Source: Vicugna vicugna (Eukaryota). From it: a stretch of 20,099 bases of DNA. How positions within the stretch are numbered: position 1 is the first letter of the stretch; every line of letters begins with the position of its first letter. Both the position numbers and the translations under genes were made by a program. The stretch spans positions 654,962-675,060 of the forward strand of contig MU058482.1 in assembly GCA_013265495.1 (NCBI GenBank), read 5' to 3'. Under the pieces are notes generated by a model. The model was given only the letters and a program-made list of their open reading frames with translations, was not told the DNA's origin and did not search any database. This document shows positions 10,965 to 19,889 of the stretch, piece by piece.

Positions 10965-11063
10965 TATCTGAATATATATACATATATCTGAATCACTTTG
11001 CTATACACCTGAAACTAACACAATATTGTAAATCAACGGTATTTTTAAAATAAATAAAAATAA
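10913..11063 (+). mobile_element. Short L1 3' end with (TA)n(CA)n microsatellite
   Basis: ctgaatcactttgctatacacctgaaactaacacaatattgtaaatcaac plus A-rich tail; imperfect flanking repeat aattctcactccag / aattgtcctccag. Confidence 0.8.
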
Positions 11064-11360
11064 AATTGTCCTCCAGCAAACAAAGGCTCTATACTGGAGG
11101 GAATTACACTGCTAAGAAATATAATGTTCTCCATTTCTTCTCTAAAGGGGATTTTGCATTTTGACTTATCTTTAGTTCCTCTACTCCATTCTGACTAGTG
11201 GGGTGAGAGGTCACTGTAGATGCAAAAACCACACACTCTCCTCTAATAGCGCAGGAGCATTGAAGTGGCCAGAACTGGGTTAGAACGCAGAGGCGTCCTT
11301 CTCTGTGTTCTTGTACTCTCCCGCTTCTTCTCCAGATCTGGGACGCCTTCCAGCAGGGAG

Positions 11361-11387
11361 CAGCTGGCCGCCTCTCCCTGGTTTCCC
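11361..11387 (+). promoter_or_regulatory. Candidate PTF1 site (E-box CAGCTG-N15-TC-box TTTCCC)
   Basis: CAGCTG 11361-11366 and TTTCCC 11382-11387 are 21 bp apart centre-to-centre (two helical turns), ~400 nt upstream of the RNASE1 TATA. Confidence 0.4.
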
Positions 11388-11758
11388 TGGGAGAGATGTG
11401 GAATTCTGGCCTAAGCAGCTCCAGGCAGGAGAGAGAGCAGGTCCATTCCCCTCCCTCTCCCTTGACCACACGCGCCCTTTGCTAACCTCCAAGGGCTACT
11501 TGGTGAAAGTGGCTCCCAAGGAGACAAGTAGGGCTCGGGTGAGGTTCGGGCATCACTGCTATAGGGGCTTTCTCTGCTTCCTGTGGAAAGAAAGGCTCTC
11601 ATAGGCAAAGGCTTACTCCGTGTAGTAGCCCTGAAAAGAGGGTGACCTGTGTAATTCCCCACCCCTTCCGCACATTATCCTTGCTCTCCTGTGGACCGGG
11701 GCCAAGATGCTCCTCCCACCCTTCTCTTCTCAGAAGCCAAGCCCCTTTTCAGTCCATG

Positions 11759-11764
11759 TATAAA
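11759..11764 (+). promoter_or_regulatory. RNASE1: RNASE1 TATA box
   Basis: TATAAA ~30 nt upstream of the putative exon 1; context (tataaagtccactctcccggga) resembles the human RNASE1 5' region as I recall it. Confidence 0.85.
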
Positions 11765-11789
11765 GTCCACTCTCCCGGGATCGCGTGTT

Positions 11790-11837
11790 GCAGACACTGC
11801 CTTCCACGTTCTCTCAGAGACCGAGCTAGAGACCCAG
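11790..11837 (+). other. RNASE1: RNASE1 non-coding exon 1 (TSS approximate)
   Basis: Ends in the consensus donor CAG|GTAAGC (GT at 11838). RNase A-family genes typically have one intron in the 5' UTR. Confidence 0.8.
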
Positions 11838-12562
11838 GTAAGCAAACCAAGAGGTGGTCTCAGGTGCTGCTCAGGTTGGAGAGGAGGGAAGCAGAGTGGT
11901 TGAGGGCAGCCCGAGAAAGCTTGGGGCAGGCAAACATCAGCTGGGGCACAGCTGGGGTCATGGATGGGGCATGCAGGCTGCTCGGACCCATGGGGCTAGG
12001 GAAGGAGAAGTCCCCCAGTTTGAGGAAGGAGAGCTTCTTCCTTTGGGATTCAGTGGCTTCCCTTTATGTGCCAGCATCAGGCAGTGGGGCGGAGTTTCCC
12101 TTGTGTTGTAGGACAGCGGGGCTGTCAGCCCTGGTCCTGGATGAATACTGCGTGGTATCTCAGGTATACAATTTGGCTTATTCAAAATTTGGCTCATTTA
12201 TTTCATGATTTATTCAAAAGCATCTTCTAATGAGCCACATGAGCACTGGGTACAAAAGTAAGAAAGGTGTTTTATTTTTCAAATGTATTATATCAAAAGT
12301 ACTTCTGTATTCAAAGTTAGGACTGCTAGGATTTTTGGTCATTTCTGGGGTCACTACCCAGAAGGGAGGATGGCCTCTGTGTAAGGAGTGCGAGTCAAAT
12401 GCTCATGAAGAATTGTATATGTGAGTGTCTCATTACTTGGAAGAACTCACTGGGAGAGGGATATCTTTCTGGTTAACCTGTGGGAGGTGGTAAGCCAGGG
12501 AGGCTACAGGTGAGAGCTGGGGTTCTCTGGTGATGCTTCCTCCCACCGCATTTCCCAGGTAG
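11838..12562 (+). other. RNASE1: RNASE1 5'-UTR intron (725 nt)
   Basis: GT...AG; pyrimidine-rich tract then cccaggtag|gctccccc, 25 nt before the ATG. An alternative AG lies at 12557-12558. Confidence 0.75.
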
Positions 12563-12587
12563 GCTCCCCCAGGAGTGTGAGGCAACC

Positions 12588-13028
12588 ATGGTTCAGAAGT
12601 TCCGGCTCCTGTTCCTGCTGGTGGTGCTGGGGTGGATCCAGCCTTCCCTGGGCTCGGAAACGGCGGCCGAGAAGTTTGAGCGGCAGCACATGGACAGCGA
12701 CGGCTCCTCCAGCAGCAACTCCAACTACTGCAACCAAATGATGAAGCGTCGTGAAATGACAGGTGGATATTGCAAGCCAGTGAACACCTTTATTCATGAG
12801 TCCCTGGAAGATGTGCAGGCCGTCTGCTCCCAGGAAAGCGTCACCTGCAAAAATGGGCAGACCAACTGCCACCAGAGCACATCCACCATGCACATCACAG
12901 ACTGCCGTGAAACGGGCAGTTCCAAGTACCCCAACTGTGCATACAAGGCCAGCAATCTGCAGAAACACATCATCATAGCCTGTGAGGGGAACCCGTACGT
13001 GCCAGTCCACTTCGACGCTTCGGTGTAG
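12588..13028 (+). CDS. RNASE1: Pancreatic ribonuclease (RNase 1), 22-aa signal peptide + 124-aa mature enzyme
   Basis: Strong Kozak ACCATGG. Mature protein [15 protein letters not shown]...CKPVNTF...VPVHFDASV with His12 (12687), Lys41 (12774), His119 (13008) and 8 Cys at 26/40/58/65/72/84/95/110. The N-terminus matches camel RNase as I recall it. Confidence 0.99.
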   Translation: MVQKFRLLFLLVVLGWIQPSLGSETAAEKFERQHMDSDGSSSSNSNYCNQMMKRREMTGGYCKPVNTFIHESLEDVQAVCSQESVTCKNGQTNCHQSTSTMHITDCRETGSSKYPNCAYKASNLQKHIIIACEGNPYVPVHFDASV

Positions 13029-13229
13029 CTGTCCATCTGAGGCCGGAGCAGCAAGATATCCCATTTGATCATGAAGGCATCTGTCTCTCCTTTCTTGCTT
13101 CCTTGCCCTCAGAGCAACTACGCAGCACGCACACACGCTTCCCTGGCCTCACATTGCCCCTGCGTGGTTTAGGGGTAGAGGGGTGGCTTGTGAGTTGGGG
13201 CCCATGTTACCCACTTCACTACTTCTTTC

Positions 13230-13235
13230 AATAAA
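13230..13235 (+). terminator. RNASE1: RNASE1 polyadenylation signal
   Basis: First AATAAA after the stop codon (~200 nt downstream). Confidence 0.85.
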
Positions 13236-13388
13236 ACACAGCTGCAGTCACCTGAATTCCTGGTGCGGTCGCCATCTGGGAACTAACTGTATGTGTGATC
13301 ACTTCCTGCCAGGGCTGAGAACCGTGACTCTCAGTAGCTTTGGTGAGAGGCGAATGGAGTCCTTAAATGCCACCTCTTCTGACTCTTG

Positions 13389-13595
13389 GGCTTTTTTTTG
13401 TTACTTTTTAAATTTTGCGTTGAAGTGTAGTTCACTTAAAAAGTTTGTTTCACAGCAAAGTGATTCAATTATACATATAAACGTACATGTATATTTTTTC
13501 GTTACAGATTCTTTCCCACTATATATATTATTACAAGGTGTTGAATATACTTCCCTGTGCTACAACGTAGGTCCTTGTCATTTATCTATTTTATG
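13389..13595 (-). mobile_element. Short L1 3' end with TSD
   Basis: T-rich tail, acagcaaagtgattcaattatacat...ttccctgtgctacaacgtaggtccttgtc (same family as 3480-3660), flanked by gactcttg (13381-13388 and 13596-13603). Confidence 0.85.
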
Positions 13596-14149
13596 GACTC
13601 TTGTTTTTTTAGTGAACTGAGATCATTCCTTTCCCTGTAGGTCCCTTGATGCCCAATTATTGTTTTAAGGCATGAGTTATTTTAGATAAAAAGGGAGCTA
13701 CAGTCTGGGATACTGCCATGCTGGGTGAGCTGACAAAGGGTGAAGCTCAGACAGAAAAATCTCTGGCACAAGGAAGGACAGTGTGAACCTGAGAAAACCC
13801 TGCTAGGGCCACAGGTGGGGACGTGGAGTGTGTGAAATTATGACCCTAAATTTCCATGTTCCTTTTTTTATTTTTTGTTTTTTTGAGTGAGCTATTACTA
13901 AACCGAAAAATGGTCCTCTCTTACTTGGAAAGTTGGAACCTCCATTTAGCAGGAACTTCAGGGATCATCAGAAGGAGGGAGGATAAGAAGATTTCAGCTT
14001 GTGTACTGACTCTCACTGGGCAATGCCTGCCTATCATGCTGGAGAAAAATGCCTACACTAGGATGTGCTGGAGCAGTACCTCCCTGAAGGCACGGGGGGG
14101 GGGGGAGGTGAGGAAGTAGGTGCCACCCACTGACATCCCTGACTTAGTG

Positions 14150-14285
14150 TAACCTCCCCAACTTTCATAGAGGAGCAACCGGAATCTCAGAAAGGTTAAG
14201 TGACCTGCTCATGGCCACTGCTACTTAGTGACATGACTGAGACTAGATTCTATTCAGGGAGAATATTCCCCAGTGTCCTTCCTTC
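14150..14285 (-). mobile_element. MIR SINE fragment
   Basis: ctttcatagaggagcaacc...ctcagaaaggttaagtgacctgctcatggccac, antisense MIR core. Confidence 0.7.
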
Positions 14286-16249
14286 CCCGTGGGCCCTGGA
14301 GTCACAGCTTGCTCTGCCTCAGCTCTCTGGGGGCTCTCACAGGTTCCCAGTGGACTTGGCCTGTGAATCAGCTCCCTTCTCAGCCACCCTTCCTCACATC
14401 CACTGAAAAGACTAGACTCGACTTCTGTCATCACGTAATCATTTCATATGACCCTCTGATTGCACTTGCATCTGCCTTGGGACAAAATTATAGAATTAGA
14501 GGAAAGTCCTACTTCCATCCAGTGTGACCAGTTCTGTCCTTGTCTTTGCGTACTACATTTGTAAAGGTTGAAAGTGACTGTGTTTTTAGGTAAAGGGAAT
14601 GCTTAGCCCTGGGGGCTTCAGTAAGAGGAAGAAAGCCTGCAGGTTAGAGGGGTCGGCCAGCTATCCCTGCATTTCTGTGGCAATGGGGATCTCTCTCCTA
14701 CAAGCAGTGAGGATGGAGGAGGGGAGAAAAGGAAACTTTAAATTTCTAGATCTGTTTCCTCAAGACAGAATTTTTCTTACATTCATCTCCCCCCTGTTGC
14801 CGAACCCAGAGCTCATTTTCCCTCGTGCTAGTGCTAAGAAAACACTTTAGTGGAGCTTTTTTGGACACACACTTGCAGTTTTGCTGCATCTATTCTGCAC
14901 ATTCACCAGCTCTGGCTTCTGGGTCCCTGCACCTTGTGGGCCACGGGACCACAGCGTGCCTCCATCAGAAGAATAAACTGATACATGATGACACTTGGTC
15001 CAGGAGCAGGACTGCACAGCCAGGGAGCCGGTGTGTGGGGCGGGTGGCGCTTGGGAAGTGCTATGGAAAGGAGTACAGTGGAGGGTAAAGGCTGAGTCTT
15101 GGGCCAAACATGGTGAGGGACAGCCAAGAAGGGTCATCTGGAGACAAGTCAGAGGTGTCTGTTCTGTGGGGCACTATTGTTCCCCAAAAGGAAAGGAGTA
15201 CTAGCTTGTACTAGGAGATTAACCCAGGCAGCTGGATCTTACAATTGAGGTGCTAACATGGGAAGATGGGTTCCTGCTTAAAGACACAAATGATCATATC
15301 CAGTGATTCTTCAAACAAGTATATTGTTAATTTTCAGAAGCTTCCTCAAACCAAACAAGCTCCCAGAATTCTGCATACTTAGTGGACAAGTAAACACATC
15401 GCAGCATCCCAGCTTCCCCATGCCCCCGCAGCGCTGTGTGTACCCACAGAATCACAGTGTCTTCTGCCTCTGCTGGGCTGGTCTTCTCCTGCCTCTCTGT
15501 GTGGTAAGTTCTCCCTTCAATTCCAGCAGCCGGCAGTCCCCCAGCCCAGCCCTTCCCCACATCAGAATGCATCCACCATGCGCACCTTAGATGAGTCCTT
15601 CAATTACCAGAGTAAATGATCACCCCATCAGGTTCTTTCTTTCCAAGTGCCCCCTCCCCAGTATTTGCACTTTGAGCTTCCTCTCTAACTGTGAATGAAA
15701 GGCTGCTCCCAGTCCCCGCTCTGGCGCCCTGGGCTGATTCAGCCCTCACAGAGCATGTACTCCTGCAATTCCTCCAGTCAGCCAAGACACTTGGAGATAT
15801 AAAACACCATCAGTTCTTTCCTCCACACGTTTCTTTACACAGCTGCTGTCTGTAAAATCCCCCAGCCTCTGGTAGGCACCAAATAACTGTTGTCATAAGA
15901 GCAGGCTACAGGTTCACTTTATACGTTGTATGCTTACCTCAGAAAAGCAGGCAAAGTGCAATGAAAGGCCTCAGTACATACAAGCCTCACCATGCTTGGC
16001 TTCTTGGCGGGTCTTATTTATGAAACGTCTCTAAATTTGGACACATCAAACTTTTTCCCGTATGACTGAATTTGGATTATGCGTTTTTACATCATTTATT
16101 TACTTATGAACAAGCTACATAACAATGGTGTGCTATCTCTTACCTCAGAGCTACCTGAGTGGCTGTCTCCCAGGCTCTAGTCCTCAGTGACACCTTGTAT
16201 AAAGCTGAAACTTACAACTCTTCTGCTGTGTGTCTTTCTTTAAATTGCC

Positions 16250-16885
16250 AAGTATGATGAAAATATAACAAGACAGCAAAATTAAAAATATGTATGACTT
16301 GGAAATTCCACATCTTGGTGTACCTACTATAGACATGGAGTCACTTAGAGGTAAAATTTTGTCACATGTGCACACAGAGAAATGTACACAGACATTCGTT
16401 GCAACACTGCTGGTTGGAGTGAAAATTTGAGAACATCCCAAATATCCATCAAGAGACGACTGATAAATAAATGATGGTTTATTAATACAAAGAAAAATAT
16501 AATACATCTGAAAAAATAAAAGAATAAGAAAGACACATTTTAAAACTAATGTGTCTTAAAAACACTGTTGAGTGAACAAAAAAATCAAGGTGCAGAATGA
16601 TTTCTACCATACAATGGCATTTGGATAAATTTATTTTTAAATTGCACATGGAAACACTGTATAATGTTTATGAAGTAAAAGTGTCAAAATAGGGCTGGAG
16701 ACACTCTAAATTTATGATTTCATTTAAGAAGAGTTAAGAGGAATGAGAGTGGAGGGAGTTTTTGTATTTATCCAGTGTTTTTGTATTTATCTAAGAGTAA
16801 GCATGTGGAACACAGTATTTATTCATTTGAGCACCATATATTAGTTTGTATTGGTTTACATTGTTTAATTTTTGAAAAGTAATAA
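16250..16885 (+). mobile_element. Old LINE-1 (L1M/L1ME-like) ORF2 end and 3' UTR
   Basis: aattcccacatcttggtgtacc...acattcgttgcaacactg...catcccaaatatccatcaa...ctgataaataaatgatggtttatt is a diverged IPLLGIY...FIAAL...PKCPS...WINKLW segment. Boundaries are approximate. Confidence 0.7.
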
Positions 16886-17114
16886 ATCACGTTAAAAATG
16901 ACACGAGTGCATGAGACAGGGCAAGGGAAGGCCTTTATAAAGTCCATCACGAAGTGTCAGGCTCTCTGGATTTCCCCTCCTCACGAGCATCTGCTTCTGC
17001 CTTCCCCTGCGGCTCTTTGGCCCTGCTTCTGCCTCCCAGCACCCCTGTAGGCTTGCTTCAGACGTGCACATCACTTCTTCTGGTTGTGTTGATTGATTGA
17101 TTGACTAATATTCC

Positions 17115-17223
17115 TTTTTTTTTAAAATTTTTATTTTTTTGATTTATAATGTTGTGTTAGTTTCCTGTGTACAGCACAGTGATTGCAGCATAGTGATTGC
17201 AGCATAGTGATTCCATTTATTCC

Positions 17224-17255
<32 letters not shown>

Positions 17256-17270
17256 AGAGAGAGAGAGAAG
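17115..17270 (-). mobile_element. L1 3' tip with 14-bp tandem and (TA)n/(GA)n microsatellite
   Basis: Poly(T), gatttataatgttgtgttagtttcctgtgtacagc, (cagcayagtgattg)x~3, (TA)n at 17224-17250. Confidence 0.75.
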
Positions 17271-18199
17271 TAGATATAGATATCTCCTAGAGAACAATTT
17301 TAAAGTCTTATTAAATGCAAAATAGGTGTTGAGGATTTGCATTACTAAAGGATAATTTAAAAGAGTGAGTTTAATGAGCATGGTAATTGGAGAAGTCTTT
17401 GGGAAGAGATCCCACTAGAAAGAAGATAAGCAGAAGAGAAGAAAAAGATTGTCATAGACCAGAAGAGAAAAAAATACGGATCAAAGTACAAGAGCAGAAA
17501 CTGAACAAAGCATGAACATGGGGCAGAAAGGCTGGGAAGGTAAGAGTCCAGGGAAATGTGGTTTGATGTGAAAATAAGAGAATCAGATTATGAAGAGATT
17601 ATTTTGTACCACCTTGGAAAAGCCATATAAGTTATGGGGAAATTACTGTATGTACTCAAAACTGCATTGAGTTACTCTTAGACAGAGTAGGCTGGTGGCA
17701 TTGCATCTGTGGTTAATAATCGTGAGAAGAAGGAAGGGCAGTTGAGATACTGTGCAATAGACCAGGAATTTGGAGAAGAGGTCTAGGCATCCTGAACAGA
17801 GGACAAAGTAAGAATAAATAAAGGAGGATGCATTTCAGAAACTGAATGCTTTTCAATTGATCCATTTCAATTGATAGAAAGTAAATACAGTTTTTCAAAT
17901 GGGATAATTAACTGATTGAAATAGGCTCTTCCCCAAAGACTTGCTGTCATACAGTTATTTAGAAATGAGTTACATTACTTTAGTAGAAAATCACTCTGAT
18001 GGTTTAATATGGAATGAGGCTAAAAATAATGCATGACATCAGAGATACTAACAAAGGGACATATATTTTTTGATGCCACCATTGCCTAGGAAGTTAGTCT
18101 AGTCTAGAAATTTGCCACAAAGTAAATTACTGTCTGAGATGTTAGCTAGCCCAAGATTGCTTGATGATTTGTGATTTGCCTGCTACAGGTGTGTATACG

Positions 18200-18355
18200 T
18201 TTATGTATTAATTTTTAGTACACAAATAATGCATATTTATTTTTTAAAAGCCAATGAAGTTTAAAAAGAGAAAAAGAGTGAGAAATTCTGCATTCCCACC
18301 ATTCAAGAATAAATATTGTTAACATTTTGGAATATTTTGTTCTTGTAGCTCCTCT
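18200..18355 (-). mobile_element. Possible ancient L1ME 3'-end fragment
   Basis: aaataatgcatattt...attcccaccattcaagaataaatattgttaacattttggaatattt resembles L1ME3/4 3' ends; highly diverged. Confidence 0.45.
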
Positions 18356-18624
18356 AGGTATGTAATTACTTGTAAGAAGCATTTGTAAGAGTAATCTTCC
18401 TTCTGCCATATCTCTTTCCCCTGGCTTATCTTTGCCTCTTGTTTTTTCTTTTTATCTCTTTTATTTTTAAATACATCTATTCTAATACATTGTAACACAC
18501 AAAAATAGCAATCAAACCATCGAGCCCTGGTGAGACCCTCAGGCAAAGCACAAAGGGGAGGCACTGCCCACCACAGTCCCAGCAGCAACACGAGGAGAAG
18601 GCGTCCCAGAAGCCATGGGCCCAT
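18319..18624 (-). CDS. Hypothetical 101-aa chimeric ORF: RNase 6 signal/N-terminus + 64 unrelated residues
   Basis: Open frame from the RNASE6 ATG to a stop at 18319; minus-strand AATAAA at 18241-18236. Expression is unproven. Confidence 0.3.
   Translation of the reverse strand: MGPWLLGRLLLVLLLGLWWAVPPLCALPEGLTRARWFDCYFCVLQCIRIDVFKNKRDKKKKQEAKISQGKEIWQKEDYSYKCFLQVITYLEELQEQNIPKC
18512..18624 (-). pseudogene. RNASE6: RNASE6 (RNase K6) 5' coding fragment, truncated after codon 37
   Basis: MGPWLLGRLLLVLLLGLWWAVPPLCA-LPEGLTRARWF closely matches the artiodactyl RNase 6 N-terminus (bovine as recalled: [42 protein letters not shown]). Preceded by the acceptor cttctctcttcttacgcag|AAAAGATG. Convergent to RNASE1, as in the human locus. 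No EIQH, CKxxNTF or PVHLD found downstream. Confidence 0.88.
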
Positions 18625-18629
18625 CTTTT

Positions 18630-19516
18630 CTGCGTAAGAAGAGAGAAGATAATGGTGACAGAGAAGAAGAGGAGAAGCTGTTACAGAAATGACAGGCCAG
18701 CCAAGAAACAAGCACCACTCGGAACTCATAACCATTTAGATGTTTATTCTGCCTCTTAACATTTCACGAATTTTTTTTTTAAACTCTTCTTTTTCAGTTG
18801 AGTCTCACAGTTCTGTGAAAAGCCCTGAGCATCTCCAAGACGTGCGTGTGAGGTTTTATCCGGTTAATTACAAGCTTGGGGTATTCGGCCAATAGGCATG
18901 GAACAGCTTTAGCAGCATCATTATCACAAAAGTAGAGGCAGGGAGGCAGCAAACCAACATTTCAAGGCCCAATATGTCTCTCTGAAAATCCAGCTGGCTA
19001 GCAAAAAAATAAAAAAAAATAAAAAAAAAAACATGAACAGAGAATCAGCAAACCAACACTAAGTAACTTAGATTTGCGAGTCAGCCCAGTAGGACTTAGA
19101 TCAGTAATACGACACTTGTTACACTTAGATGTGAGATAGCTTGTAAGCCCAGCCCGGCTATTCTTTCACAAAGCCATAGAAGCAAAATTATTACTCACAA
19201 CCGTTTAGATTTTTATTCTGCCTCTTAACATTACATGAATTTTTGGTTTTTAAACCGTCTTCTTTCTCAGTTGAGTCTCACAGTTCTGTGAAGAAACTGG
19301 AGCCCAGTGAGGAGGCATTTGAGGAAAGATGACCTTTCCTGATTGGTAGAACTCACTCTTCTCTTTGTCCTGTACTCCTGTGTTTGATGGTCCCCATGTC
19401 AGAAACCTTGTCTCTTCCCTCTTTGCTCCTGAAATATTTACCTCCAGCTGTTTGACCCGGACCTCCCGGCCACCTTCACAGCCCACTCTCCCCAGCCCTG
19501 GGGCTCCTCCTCTTAC
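18630..19516 (-). other. RNASE6: RNASE6 5'-UTR intron (887 nt)
   Basis: Donor gagacctg|GTAAGA (GT at 19516-19515) and acceptor AG at 18631-18630 after a polypyrimidine tract. Confidence 0.75.
18724..19292. repeat. Diverged ~96-100-bp direct repeat pair (18724-18819 and 19193-19292) in the RNASE6 intron
   Basis: Both copies read actcayaaccrtttagat.tttattctgcctcttaacatt...tcagttgagtctcacagttctgtgaa. Confidence 0.93.
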
Positions 19517-19680
19517 CAGGTCTCCACGCTGGGGCTCCCACGGTGCCAGAAGTGGTGCTTAGTCCCAGGCTCCGAGGCTTGTCTCTTGTTCCCCCAGGCT
19601 TGCCCGGGCTGCCCGCGTGCAGCAGGGGAGGGGCTCTGAGCCCCAGGCAAGAGAAGCCCAGGGCTTGGAAGATGAACTTC
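19517..19680 (-). other. RNASE6: RNASE6 non-coding exon 1 (5' end uncertain)
   Basis: GC-rich, ATG-free segment ending ggagccccagcgtggagacctg at a consensus donor. Confidence 0.6.
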
Positions 19681-19815
19681 TTGTGCACAGTGGGGATGAG
19701 ACTCCTAGCCTTTTCAACTGGCTGTTTAACATAGTATCAGTAACACTGTGGACACAGGAAGAGTAAGGCTACTTAAGAAACGATGAGACTCAAAACAGAG
19801 TTTTAAAGACCTGAT

Positions 19816-19889
19816 CACTTCCTGATATGGGTGGGTGCTTCCTTCCTGAACTGAAGTTTCAGTTTTTGAAGTTTTATGATTTCAGTTCC
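19816..19889 (-). promoter_or_regulatory. RNASE6: Myeloid-type motif cluster upstream of RNASE6 (PU.1/ETS, ISRE-like, EICE)
   Basis: AGGAAGTG (19823-19816), AGTTTCAGTTT (+, 19855-19865), GGAACTGAAA (19889-19880, fits GGAAnnGAAA). Confidence 0.55.

Noticed and set aside
11642..12208. 188-aa ORF and neighbouring ORFs over the RNASE1 promoter and intron
   Set aside because: GTG start, crosses the TATA box, exon 1 and donor; expected by chance in GC-rich sequence.
12504..13136. 210-aa minus-strand ORF (also 12794-13072 and 12796-12978)
   Set aside because: Antisense or alternate-frame shadows of the GC-rich RNASE1 CDS; no recognisable protein features.
15338..15509. Possible cryptic exon (ttttcag|...tg|gtaagt)
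   Set aside because: Lies downstream of the RNASE1 poly(A) signal, has no coding similarity, and such pairs are common by chance.
16936..16946. TATAAAGTCCA identical to the RNASE1 TATA context (possible paralogous promoter relic)
   Set aside because: An 11-nt match with no further similarity, donor or RNase ORF downstream.
17360..17800. Purine-rich stretch, possibly L2
   Set aside because: Too diverged to assign by eye.
18625..18735. 37-aa N-terminal extension of the 138-aa ORF
   Set aside because: Lies in the intron upstream of the splice acceptor at 18630; the real start is the ATG at 18624.
19066..19130. CRISPR-like repeat-spacer pattern, and cacttgttacacttagat as a displaced RNase 6 C-terminus (VHLD)
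   Set aside because: Only 8-nt repeats in mammalian DNA. The HLD-like match is short, on the wrong strand, and lacks flanking homology.
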